DNA of 64,000 nt from Octopus sinensis (lineage: Eukaryota), in the NCBI RefSeq assembly GCF_006345805.1, contig NC_043006.1, positions 68,882,001 to 68,946,000 of the forward strand, in the 5' to 3' direction. Made by a program: the position numbers and the translations under genes. Each line of letters starts with the position of its first letter. The first letter of the stretch is position 1. Below the pieces are notes generated by a model that was given only the letters and a program-made list of their open reading frames with translations, searched no databases and had not been told where the DNA came from. Below are positions 1 to 11,625 of the stretch, piece by piece.

Positions 1-231
1 TAGTTTTCATGCCGATGGTATCCTAGGGTAACCTCCGATGATGTTGCTCCCTCTACCGGTGCTGAACAACGTTGATGCTACCAATGAATTTGTGGGCTCT
101 TTTTAGTCCACACTATAGCACGCCGTTCCTTCCAATCCTCTGTACACCACTTCACCAAACTAAGATTTACTGTAACCACTCCCACCACGCAATAGCTATT
201 TGACCACTCATTGGCAATTTATCTTTTCCTT

Positions 232-340
232 TTCGACCACAGTATGCAACTGGTACTTAGTTTATCGATCCCGAAAGGATGAAAGGCAAAGTCGACCTCG
301 GTCGAATTTGAACTCAGAACGTAGCGGCAGACGAAATACC
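232..340 (-). mobile_element. tRNA-derived SINE family A, partial copy
   Basis: Contains the family core gtacttagtttatcgatcccgaaaggatgaaaggcaaagtcgacctcgg...tttgaactcagaacgt, which recurs >10 times in the window; interrupted at gaaatacc by the next copy. Confidence 0.85.
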
Positions 341-572
341 TATTTCTTTACTACCCACAAGGGGCTAAACACAGAGGGGACAAACAAGGACAGACAAACG
401 GATTAAGTCGATTACATCGATCCCAGTACATAACTGGTACTTAATTTATCGACCCCGAAAGGATGAAAGGCAAAGTCGACCTCGGCGGAATTTGAACTCA
501 GAACGTAACGGCAGACGAAATACTACTAAGCATTTCGCCCAGCGTGCTAACGATTCTGCCAGCTCGCCGCCT
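341..572 (-). mobile_element. tRNA-derived SINE family A, full-length copy
   Basis: Reverse complement starts aaggcggcgagctggcagaatcgttagcacg (A box) and has gagttcaaattcc (B box). The core gtcgactttgcctttcatcctttcggggtcgataaattaagtacc resembles the MetaSINE central domain (from memory). Direct repeat ttggcaatttat(c/a)ttttc at 211-228 and 573-590 flanks this copy plus the preceding one. Confidence 0.9.
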
Positions 573-811
573 TTGGCAATTTATATTTTCACTCTCAGTG
601 TTGATTTTCATTTTATATGACTTTACTTCTGTTATGACGAGGCATTTTATGCTCCAACCTTCAGATCATGAACCTTTGCTATGCTGTCTTTCTTAAGATC
701 AGAAGCAATTAAGTAAGAAGACCTAATAGATCTAGCTACAAACTCACGCACCCCACCTCTATTGGAAGCCCCCGTATGCTGTCATCCTGATGTCTCGCAC
801 AATTTCCAAAG

Positions 812-1038
812 TCCGTCATACATTGGTTTTAAATTTTGGCTCAAGGTTAGCAATTTCATGGGATGGGGCAAGTCGATTTCATCGACCCCGATACTCGACT
901 GGTACTTATTTTTATCGGTTCCGAAAGGATGATATGCAAAGTCGACCTTGGAGGAATTTGAACTCAGAATGTAAAGACGGACGAAATGACGCTAAGCATA
1001 TTACCCGGCGCGTTAACGATTTTGCCAGCTCGCCATCT
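812..1038 (-). mobile_element. SINE family A copy with alternative 3' tail
   Basis: Same head and core; the tail is of the ttttggctcaagg..gcaattt type rather than the gacaaacaaggacagacaaacgg type. Confidence 0.8.
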
Positions 1039-1126
1039 TATAGTCCTTCATATATTAGCTCTTCCTTTCAAGTGTTCACTCCATGCTGTTATTCCCTCAC
1101 ATTATTTGGCAACAGCACCAACAAGT

Positions 1127-1482
1127 GGAGGCGCAATGGTCCGGTGGTTAGGGCAGTCAACTAGCGGTCGGAGGATCGATGTTTCGATTCCCAGACCGGG
1201 CGTTGTGTATGTTTATTGAGCGAAAACACTTAAAGCTCCACGAGGCTCCAGCAGGGGGTGGTGGCGATCCCTGTTGTACTCTTTCGCCCCAACTTTCTTT
1301 CACTCTTTCTTCCTGTTTCTTGTTCCCGACTTCCTACGCAACCGCTGAGCCTGGATGTGCATTCATCCAACCGTCGATGCTCTCAGTGTCGGGGGTTGAC
1401 CTGCTTTCTCTTCTGCGGGTCTTACGAATAGCAAAGGACCACGTTTCGGACTTCTCCCAAGAGGACGAAGACCGCTTCGCTC
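1127..1482 (+). mobile_element. tRNA-derived SINE family C, tail type 1
   Basis: Head ggaggcgcaatggtccggtggttagggc...gtttcgattcc (A/B boxes), body ttgagcgaaaacacttaaagctccacgaggctcc, tail gacttcctacgcaaccgctgagcctggatg...ggacgaagaccgc. Near-identical copy at 25460-25826 (-). Confidence 0.9.
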
Positions 1483-1484
1483 AG

Positions 1485-1537
<53 letters not shown>

Positions 1538-1760
1538 ACGGCACCAACAACAGCAACAACAACGCCAACAGCAGCGCCAACAGCAGCGCCGACAATGACA
1601 GCGGCAACATGAAAATTCGCAACATACACCAATAACAACAATTGCGACAGGAGCAGCTAAAACGAAAACAACAGAAATGGTAATGAAACTAGCCACAGCA
1701 ATAACAACAACAACAACAACGACAATAACAACAGCAACAACAACAACACTAACAGAAAGA
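1482..1760. repeat. (CAG/CAA)n trinucleotide array at SINE tail
   Basis: cagcagcaacagcaacagc... at 1482-1600 and (CAA)n at 1700-1750; the poly-Q and poly-L ORFs here are repeat artefacts. Confidence 0.95.
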
Positions 1761-2237
1761 CGAATTAGTATACGATTAGCCAGTCTATATAAAATGTAAA
1801 ACTGAGAGAATCCATTTTATATGGATTGTGCTCAGTTTTATCTCAAGTTGGATCTCTTTCCATACAGGACTTTTGGAATCTATATTTCCTTTCTACTACA
1901 TAATATAATGTATAATGTGTGTGCGCGCAACGCGCGCGTGTGTGTGTGTGTGTGTGTGTGCGTGCATGTGCATGTATGTATGAATGCATGTATAGACACT
2001 GATCTATAAGCGGAAGCGTGGGTAGGAAATCAGATATGAGCGAAAGAAGGAGCTGGGAGGACCGTCTTTGATGTGCACACAATATACGAACGTATACACA
2101 TTCATATAGCTTAATAGCGTGCGTCATCTATTTGCAAATATAATTTGAATTTAACGAAAACAAACATATTTATAAGAAAAACCAATATATTTTTATAGAA
2201 TTTGGTACACATATCCTGACATAAACGTTACAGAAGG

Positions 2238-3130
2238 CTATTCAATAAAACCTCCATCAGCCACGATTACTGCCTCGATACTGTTTCTCAAATGACTAAA
2301 TGCGTCGATCAGTTCCTATTTATTCATGTTGGCTATGACATTTCCAATAGCAGACATCAACGAGTCATTGGTAATGTGCCCATACTTGTTGGTCTCCCTC
2401 TCAACGATGCCTCAGACTTTGTAATCCAGAGCGTTTAAATCAGGTGAGCTAGGAAGTGAAATGGTTGGAGTAACATGGTCATGAAAATTTTCCATCTATT
2501 CACTTCTGTGTTGTGCATGTGTGTGAAAAGGGGCAGAGTCATACAGGAACGTGTATGATTTACCCCGAGCTTGACAACTATCTTCATTGTCTTAATGCAG
2601 GCTACTGGGAAACCGAGGAGGCATGATATGGCCCTCATTGCTCACGACCCCCAAGACCATCACAAACGGCGGGAACTTGCTGTGTACAATAGTATGGACT
2701 TCAGTGGGGATGGCGCAGAGCTACCTGGTATTCTTCGTCTTTACTTTTTGATCTTACAGAAAATTCTTATCGTGTGAGAACCAGAGCATGATAGGCTCCT
2801 CGGGTTGCATGAGTTTGTTCAGTCAACACTTCGATTGGATGACACGTTCCTCCCGGGTATTATCGAACATAAACTGCTCTCTTCTCATAAGATAGGATTT
2901 ATAGCTGATGTCTTCATGCACTACTTGTCTCACATTTGAATCTGAAACAAGGAGACGATTGGAAATAGCCTTCATTGACTTGTCAGGATTCTCGTTGATG
3001 ATGTCATGGACTTGTTAGACAAACTCAACTTTTCTGACAAAGTCAAACCGTCGAGAATATTATTTCTTTTTGCCACGGAAAGTTTATTCACGTCAGAGTC
3101 CAAGAGCTCTTCGCTAATCTTAGACACGTT
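2238..3130 (-). pseudogene. Decayed maT (DD37D) Tc1/mariner-superfamily transposase
   Basis: Manual minus-strand translation with stops and frameshifts gives IINENPDKSMKAI..VHEDISYKSYLMRR, MLWFSHDKNF, KFPPFVMVLGVVSNEGHIMPP, YDSAPFH, PSSPDLNALDYKV*GIVERETNK, IEAVIVADGGFIE*. There are 37 residues between the D of DSAP and the D of LDY. Confidence 0.85.
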
Positions 3131-3660
3131 TACTCCTATCGGTACGTGTTTACTCCTATTGTAAGTGGTGAAACTCTACAACAGAGGCTTGGATTATTAG
3201 CTCCATAGATCCAATCATTTGTCTTGTCTACCCACTATACTTGGAAGGTTCGTGGGAGTAGAGTCACGGGCACTTCCTGCATAGGGTCCTATCGGAAGCA
3301 AACGTCATGAGACTTTCCGGAGCGTAACGTTCTAGAGTGGGGAAAATCGACTCAGTCTTTAAATTCAGCTTACTGGCTATTTTCTGCCAGTATCAAATTA
3401 CTTATGGTAGCTTACTTAGCCTCGATGTGTTCAATATCTCCATCGTTCTCAGAGGCGGGGCTGATGTACGGGGAGGTACCCAGAAGTAACCGGAAACGTT
3501 CTTTGTGAGACAAGCCCCTTGTAGTTCAGGTTTCCGCCGCTAGAAGTCACTTGATGAAACTCTCAGGCATCACTCTGCTGACTGGCGTCGTCGGGTGAGG
3601 TCGTACTGCCACATGGTGTGTCTTTGTTTTGCAGTGCTTCTCTGTTCGTCGATTTTTACG

Positions 3661-4263
3661 ATGACTGAAAAGAAGGAACAATGTGCTTCCGTGAAATTGT
3701 TTCCTGCTGGGGAAAACAGCGATCGAAACAGTTGTTTTGCTTCAAACAGCTTACAAGGACGCTGCCATGAGCAAAACACAAGTTTACGAGTGGTTCCCAC
3801 GCTTGAAGATCAACCTCGCCCAGGGTGACTGTTGACCTCCAGAACGAATGAAAACATGAAAATTTATGAACTGGTCTTGGAGGACCGACACCATACAGCC
3901 AACAAACCTGTCGATATGGCTGGTGTGTACTGGAGGTCCTGCCAACGAATTCCGAGCAAGGAATTGTGAATTAAAAGATTTGCAGCAAAATTTGTCTCGC
4001 TTGCTCATGGAAGATCAAAAGCAGCTGTGAGTGTCGTGAACTGAAAGAACAGTTGGAAATTGATCCGGACCTTTTTTCGAACGTCATCGCCGGTGACGAA
4101 AGCTGGTGCTACGGAATTTGCAGATGTGGAAGAGGAGAAGAAAGTAAATGACAGACGTTTTAAAGGGCACCATTTCGCAAGAGTTCCAGCACTGCTTCGG
4201 ACAGTGGAAAACGCGTATAGATTGAGGCATTGCTTCAAAAGGAGAATACTTTGGAGGCGATAA
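3661..4263 (+). pseudogene. Mariner transposase remnant
   Basis: MTEKKEQCASVK..LLGKTAIETVVLLQTAYKDAAMSKTQVYEWF..LEDQPRPG, AAKFVSRLL, DPDLFSNVIAGDESWCYG (first catalytic D) and KGEYFGGD at the C-terminus; frameshifted, central catalytic region deleted. Confidence 0.85.
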
Positions 4264-4281
4264 AAGTGTAAACATGTAAAA

Positions 4282-4448
4282 CAGTGGTTCCCAATATGAG
4301 GTCCACGGAACCCTAGTGGTCCGCAACGGTAGTACTAGGGGTCCGTGAACATTTTAAGCCGACAGACTTTTCAATATTCTGGGGGTCTGTGAGAAAGCTC
4401 ATTTAAATAAAAGGGGTCTTTGGTAGTAAAAAAGGTTGAGAACCAATG
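4282..4448. mobile_element. hAT-type MITE nested in the mariner
   Basis: TIR cagtggttcccaa / ttgagaaccaatg; perfect 8-bp TSD ATGTAAAA at 4274-4281 and 4449-4456. Confidence 0.9.
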
Positions 4449-4796
4449 ATGTAAAACTAAGTGACTAAAATAATATTGCAAATTTCCTGTTTCTTTTAGG
4501 TACCCCCTCGTATCTAAGGGAATGGGGTTTCGGTGTAGGAAACCCTACCATACCAATTCAATCTTCAGCTTGAATGAATGTGGTCGCTATGGCTGAAACA
4601 ACATGATACACTTGATTATTAAACGAGTCCTGCCTGAGTAAATATCCCGTCAATTCTGGATCCTGTGAGATTGCCAAGGGATGATGGGAAGAAAGCTGAA
4701 GGAGGCATTCTTTGCTATTGGGTTAGAAGCAAATGGCAAAGTTATTGTTATGTTCTCTCCCTTTATATGCTGCAGCTAGCATTCTCACTTTCTCAT

Positions 4797-5400
4797 TCCC
4801 TTACATTCTTTCTTTCTTTCCTTCTTTCTTTCTTTCCTTCCTTCTTTCTTTCCTTCTTTCTTTCTTTCTTTCTTTCTTTCCTTTCTTCTTTCTTTCTTTC
4901 TTTCTTTCTTCCTTTCTTTCTTCCTTTCTTTCTTTCTTTCTTTCTTTCTTCCCCTCTTCTTTCTTTTTTTCTTTCTTTCTTTCTCCTCTTTCTGTCTTTC
5001 TTTTTTCTTTCTTCCTTTTATTCCTTCATTCTTTCTTCTTTCTTTCTTCCTTTCTTCTTTCTTCTTTCTTCCTTTCTTTCTTCCTTTTATTCCTTCATTC
5101 TTTCTTCTTTCCATTATTTCTTCCCTTCTTCTACTTTCCTTCCTCCCTTCCTTCCTTCTTTCTTTCCTTCCTTCTTTCTTTCTTCTTTCTTTCTTTCTCC
5201 TCTTTCTTTCTCTCTTTCTTCCTTTCTTCTTTCTTTCATTCATTCATTCTTTCTTTCATTCATTCTTTCTTTCTTTCTTCCTTCCTTTCTTCCTTCCTTT
5301 CTTCCTTCTTCCTTCCTTTCTTCCTTTCAATCTTTCTTTCTTCCTTTCAATCTTCCTTCCTTCCTTCCTTCCTTCCTTCCTTCCTTCTTTCTCCTCTTTC
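4797..5400. repeat. ~600-bp polypyrimidine tract (CTTT/CCTT/CATT)
   Basis: Almost purely C/T on + strand; the F/L/S- and K/E/R-rich ORFs over it are artefacts. Confidence 0.95.
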
Positions 5401-6021
5401 TTTAACATCGAGTATTTTGTAGTATTTGAGCGCAAATGGCGTAATGTGAATCGCCCAAAATAGCTGCAATCAGCATGGTTATTAATTTAATTCATTTATT
5501 TTTAGTTGATTTTTATATTTGTAAATGTCTCCAACCGTTTGCATATGTCTTCAGCCCAATGCTGCAACCAGAATATCAATAGAAGAATATGGTCATTCTA
5601 GCTACAGCAGCGAATGCGCTCTTGCTTTAGCTTTGTTTACAGAGAAATATTTACTCGTAGCTGTTCACACTACCGTTTTGCCCACACACGCATACACATG
5701 CATACACGTGTGCGTTTGTATGTGTGTGCTTGTATGTATGTCTGTATGTGTGTGTGTGTGTGATTGTGGGTGGGTGAGTTCGTGCATGCAAACTCACAGA
5801 CACACACAAGCTGACACATGCGCGCACACATAAACATACAAATGCGTATACATGCTGTGTGCGTGTATATGGGACTATGTATATATGTGGTTACATGTGC
5901 ATATCTTTGATAATGTTAGTGCATATATAAATATGTGTGTGTATGTGTATGTGTTGGTATGTGTGTGTATATCTATCTATCTATCTATCTATCTATCTAA
6001 CTACACACACACACAAGCGTG

Positions 6022-6068
<47 letters not shown>

Positions 6069-6129
6069 GTCTCTCCACACACACACACACAAATATACAT
6101 AAAATATATATATTTATACATACATACAT

Positions 6130-6185
<56 letters not shown>

Positions 6186-6384
6186 CACATATACATATAT
6201 TGTGTATGTGCGTGTGTGTGTATGTGTGTGCACGCGCGCGTGTGCATACAGATTTAGTAATAGATGACTACTCAGATATTGGAGTGCTCTGCATTTTCCA
6301 CCAACGGCCTATGGACCCAGAGACTGGACAAGGTCCCTTCATATTGAGTCAAAATATTTGTTTTACTTTTATTTCCTTTATCAT

Positions 6385-6619
6385 TTACTTGTTTCAGTTA
6401 CTGGACTGCGGCTATGTTGGGGCACCGTGAAGAGGTTTTAGCCGTGAAGGGCTTTTAGTTTTGAAGGGCTTTTAGTCAAACAAATTGATCGCGAAACTTA
6501 TTTTTTTCAACCCTGTACATATACTATCGGTTCTTCTGCCGAACCACTAAGTTACAAGGACGTAAACAAACCAATACCACTTGTCACGCCGTAGAGGAAG
6601 GACAAATACAACCACAAAG

Positions 6620-6620
<1 letters not shown>
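6385..6620 (-). mobile_element. SINE family B, 3' part
   Basis: cttgtttcagttactggactgcggctatgttggggcacc...gaaccactaagttacaaggacgtaaac matches the family B tail. Confidence 0.75.
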
Positions 6621-6679
<59 letters not shown>

Positions 6680-6954
6680 CACACACACATACATACATAC
6701 ATCATCATTAGGTTATGTACCAACAAATTTGCACAAAACCTAGAAACACTTGGTTTCATGGAAAAAGAGTAAAAGAGTAAAAGAAACTGATCCGGATTCC
6801 CTAAATCCAATCTATCAGTGGCACAGTGAAGATCTGCAAGATATTCCGAAATTTTCCATTTGGGATTCTTATGCGAATAGATGCACGTACTTAGTTAACT
6901 GTCGCAAAACACTCCGACTAAATCAGAGAGAGAGAGAGAGAGAGAGAAAGGGGA

Positions 6955-7070
6955 CTCATATTGCCTTCTCTCTATTTTTTCTGCCGCTATTTCAACGAAT
7001 GCTGTACGTCAGAATTGGCTAGTCTCTTTCCAACTCCACCAAAAGCTTTGCGACTTATTTACCATGTTTC
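6955..7070 (+). mobile_element. CR1/L2-like LINE ORF2 C-terminal fragment
   Basis: PSLYFFCRYFNECCTSELASLFP resembles the SLFYRY.NG.CSSEL motif also seen in the 47400-48010 remnant. Confidence 0.5.
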
Positions 7071-7338
7071 CCTGGGAAGTGGGGGGGGGCATGAATATGC
7101 ACAGAAATCTGCATTCTGTACAAATATTTGTTTTTCTTTGCAAAGCATGTGCGAATCCATGCGAGTAACCCTGGCTCAAATTTCTTGCATTAAAACAATT
7201 CAATTTAATTTTGAAAACCTTCTATGCGTACGTGTTATTCCTTTCTTAATTGTGAAATATGAGTGAGAGCGCACTAACCCAAAACTTAGCCCTGTTTGCT
7301 CGATTCTCCAGTTTCTTAGAGCCCCGCACCCCTGCATT

Positions 7339-7380
<42 letters not shown>

Positions 7381-7399
7381 ACATCGACTAGAAATTGTA

Positions 7400-7854
7400 A
7401 TAATAGAGAACGACTAATACAAGATTTTATGGGATTTTAATGTACAGACTGATCGCGAAATTCATGCCAGGCGACCAGATATGTTTTAGACAAGGGAAAA
7501 AGAGAGTGCATCAGCATAGATGCAGCAATATCTTCGGACATGAATGTAAAGGTCAAAGAAAAGGAGAAAAATAAATAGGAAACACCGGGATTTGGTTTGG
7601 GAAATACGGCGAATGTGGAGGGTTTTTACAAAAGTAATACCAGTTGCTATAGGTGCCTCAGGTACTGTCGGTAACAGACTTAACAGTTTCCTTATTGAAG
7701 TTGGGGTAACTGCGAGAGTTGCCTTAATTAAAAAATTTGCTCTTTTGGGAACAAGGATTGTAAGAAAGGTCTTCTATATCTAAGAAACGGATGGCTACCC
7801 GGCGTCAAGGATGTTGATTCCAAATGTAAAACACTCGTGCACACCATGAATGAT
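7400..7854 (+). mobile_element. R4/Dong-like non-LTR retrotransposon 3' end (restriction-like endonuclease)
   Basis: ILWDFNVQTDREIHARRPDM..LDK.KRECISIDAA..DMNVKVKEKEK..HRDLVWEIRRMWRVFTKVIPVAIGASGTV..ALLGTRIVRKVF, then a short 3' UTR and (TAA)n; (TAG)n upstream at 7339-7380. Confidence 0.85.
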
Positions 7855-7855
7855 G

Positions 7856-7934
<79 letters not shown>

Positions 7935-7972
7935 TAATAATGATAATAATAATAATAATGATAATAATAATG

Positions 7973-8040
<68 letters not shown>

Positions 8041-8104
8041 AATAATAATAGTAATAATAATAATAATTAATAATAATAATAATAGTAGTAGTAGTAGTAG
8101 TAGT

Positions 8105-8151
<47 letters not shown>

Positions 8152-8166
8152 ATAATAATAATAATA
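7855..8166. repeat. Compound (TAA/TGA)n-(TAG)n-(TAA)n array
   Basis: Direct reading. Confidence 0.95.
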
Positions 8167-8850
8167 ACGAAGTCGCCGAAACTGAGAAATTTCAAGAGGA
8201 AATTTCAACAAGTGCGATAAGACAAATATCTGGAAAGAAATAGAATGACAGATAATTCATGTAAGCAGCTGATGCTGGAAGGGAAAAACACTGTGGCTGA
8301 GATATGGAAGCTTGAAACTGAGACAGAAGAGAAACTGAAATCACTAATTATAGCCGTTTGTGGCCAAATCATCTGAACAAATTTGATAAACACAAAGATT
8401 GATAAATCTCAGCCAGATTGCAAATTAAGTCAAAATACGTAGCAAAGGGGACAAAATTATTAAACTTAACAGTGAGTGTAGTAAGCTAGCACAAAAAGAG
8501 TATAAAAACAAGTATGAGCATGTTGGTAAAAGAGTGTAATGGGCTGTTAACTGCATTTGTAAGTTTAAACTGATGAACGTGATTCGGTGGATATAATGGT
8601 GAAGGATGATTACAGGATTTTATAGGATTTTTCCATAGAGACTAATCATATCGATGCTAATATACCAGATATAATCGTAGATTGAGAAAGAACAATGTCA
8701 GGTCATTGACTTAGCAATCTCGTAAGACCGAAAAGTGGATATCAAGGGAAACGAGAAAACTGAGAGAAATCATGACCAAACCAGAGGGATGAAGAGATTT
8801 TAGAATAAAAGGGTGAAAATTCTGGTAATTGGTGCATTCAGCATCAATTA
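8167..8850 (+). mobile_element. Second, more decayed R4/Dong-like remnant (zinc-knuckle and RLE regions)
   Basis: ETEEKLKSLIIAVCGQII*TN..TKIDKSQPDCKL, SECSKLAQKEYKNKYEHVGK, RIL*DFSIETNHIDANIPDIIV, VIGAF; starts directly after (TAA)n. Confidence 0.7.
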
Positions 8851-9560
8851 CCAAAATGTGCATGTGTGTGAATGCGTATATGCATGTAACTATGCCTGTC
8901 GGTATATGTGTAAATGTTTGTATATATGTATCATGCGGACATTTTTGGGCATCTGCTGATGATGTAGCTGATATCTTCTATATTTGTATAGCACACAGGA
9001 CACTTTCTACTACAGCACGGAGATTAAGACGCTTTCTTATCTCTTTTCTTAAACAGTTATTTAGTAACTACTTCCTGTCCTTGAATAGCGAATACGTATC
9101 GTTCTTGATGAGATGTGATGTGTCTATCACAGGTCTTTCTGTCAATGCAGTTGATATTCTCTAGTTTATGTTTCTACTGATATGATGAGTTTCTGTTTAA
9201 GTAGGTTAGTCCAGTTACTCTTGGATCACAAGTAACAGCTGTACACTCAGAAATCCTATCTAGAAGTTATTCATCTACTCCATGTATAATTTCTTCTGAT
9301 GAATAAACACGTGATGCACCCATTTCTCTCTTTACTATTCAGTAAGTGGTGACTAAGTGACACGATGCGTCACTGAAAGGTCCTTTTCACTGATTTTATG
9401 CCTATGCTCCCAACCCTATGTTTAACAAGGACTTGTCAATGTCACTTGAGGTGGACAGATCCTTAAATGCCGTACCTTTCCAGTCTTGTTATCCAAGTTG
9501 CGGATTTCTTCAAGTGTTCAGTTTAGTAATCGTAATGTTGGTAATATTACTAGTACGGAT

Positions 9561-9968
9561 GCGCAGGAGTGGCTGTGTGGTAAGTAGCTTGCTAACCAAC
9601 CACCTGGTTCCGGGTTCAGTCCCACTGCGTGGCACTTTGGGCAAGTGTCTTCTACTATAGCCTCGGGCCGACCAAAGCCTTGTGAGTGGATTTGGTAGAC
9701 GGAAACTGAAAGAAGCCCGTCGCATATATGTATATATATATGTGTGTGTGTGAGTTTGTGTGTATGTGTTTGTCCCTCCAACATCGCTTGATAACTGATG
9801 CTGGTGTGTTTACGTCCCCGTAACTTAGCGGTTCGGCAAAAGAGACCGATAGAATAAGTACTAGGCTTACAAAGAATAAGTCCTGGGGTGGATTTGCTCG
9901 ACTAAAGGTGGTGCTCCAGCATGGCCGCAGTCAAATGACTGAAACAAGTAAAAGAGTAAAGAGCAAAG
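9561..9968 (+). mobile_element. tRNA-derived SINE family B, full length
   Basis: Head gcgcaggagtggctgtgtggtaagtagcttgc...ggttcagtccc; body ttgggcaagtgtcttctactatagcctcggg...gatttggtagacggaaactgaaagaagccc; internal (TA)/(TG) tract; tail ggtgctccagcatggccgcagtcaaatgactgaaacaag(taaaagag)n. Confidence 0.9.
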
Positions 9969-11358
9969 AGTACAGCGAAAGTGTTACCGGGTACAGTTTT
10001 ATTGAATGCACACAACTGTAACTTCTATGCCTTCTGAAGTCCGTTAAAGTATTCTTTTGTTATTTAACATTACGTACAGCACCAGCATATCTGAAAGTTT
10101 TACCATTTCTGAGATACTTGGAGCAAACATCATGAGAGATAGCTGAGATAGACTTAGTTGTGGATATTCATATTCCGCTTTGGGTCAATCTTTCTTCCAT
10201 TGACTACCAAATATGAACACTTAATTCTGAATAAACTCTATGTTCCATGAAAATATTTTCAACATTACGAACAAACTGGAGTTTTTCTGTCGATAATCTA
10301 ATTCTGTTTGTGATTATAGTAGCAGCTTCAGTTCAGCTGCGTGGGCCATGTTGTTGTTTGTGTTTTAATGGCATTATCGATAGCAGATGGCAGCTTAGTA
10401 TATCGTTGGTAACTTACTATACACTATTAAGTCAAACGTCTTCTTATAGTCTAGCCATAGTCTAGTCAGTAGACTATACATACAAAATTAGAGAAGATTA
10501 ACTTGGCATGTTTCACGGTTTGTTGACCAATCAAGATGAATTTACATATATTTAATGGACCATAGCGAAAGACTTGTAAACTATAGTTTGACTGCTTTAA
10601 ATCATCTGGGTTTTTTTTTCTTTCTTTTTTTGTTTGAGACACGATGTGTTCTGTATAAATACTTATTAATTATTTAATCGTGGTGCCAGCAAACGCACGG
10701 TATGCAAATTAGTCTATGAATTACAGCTGAGCTCTTGAGTGTGTTGGATTTAAATAGCGATTCGCTAAGAGTTCACTTCATGGGCCAAAGGAACGAGTAG
10801 GTACTTCTCGTCTGCTGAGTAATCAACGAGCCATGAAACATGTCATCATCATCATCACCACCGTATTCTTCCTATCTTCTCTCTCTCTCTCTCCCTTTCA
10901 CTCAATTAAGTGATATCCCCCACTATTTTCCTCACCTCTTACATATGCCTAACAAATCCCTAAAACAAGGTGAGTTAATCATTTTAATTATTTCTAATTA
11001 GATATTTGATACACACTACACTAAATATATTAAGGGTAGATTGGCAATCAATTTATTCTTCGGTTATCTTGTTACTAAGCTGTCGTTCTCTCTATGTATC
11101 CATACATTCATACCTGTTTAACATAACACCGCATACATAACGGGCATAAATTCATACGTGTGTATATATATATATATATACACTAATATTTACACCCTAG
11201 TTTTCTTTGAATGTAGCTCTTCTCGAATGTACCCAGGAAACTATAAATTATATATGTGTGTGAATGTGTGTATGTGCATACATATATATGCTTGTATATA
11301 TGTGTGTGTGTGTGCATGTATGTACGTACGTACGTACGTATGTATGTATGTATGTATG

Positions 11359-11469
<111 letters not shown>

Positions 11470-11625
11470 TATAAAGGCGTATGTATAGATGTGTTTAATA
11501 GTTGAACTATACTATGTATTTGTGGACAAATGTAAGTTTTTTTAAATGTATTTTATATCATGTATTACGCATTAATACATTACGACGCCGTGTTGATATT
11601 TCTGTCATTATATATTCACACGTGC

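Larger units (their letters stand above)
3469..4510 (+). mobile_element. Internally deleted mariner element with TIRs and TA TSD
   Basis: Left ta|cggggaggtacccagaagtaaccggaaa; right tttcctgtttcttttaggtaccccctcg|ta (imperfect ~28-bp TIR). Confidence 0.8.

Noticed and set aside
4530-4570. Minus-strand CTGAAGA...GAAAcccc hammerhead-like string
   Set aside because: No stem III or UH triplet can form after GAAA.
10020-10230. Minus-strand EYEYPQLS..MFA..YL resembling a hAT dimerisation domain
   Set aside because: Too degraded and needs several frameshifts; cannot be supported without a profile search.
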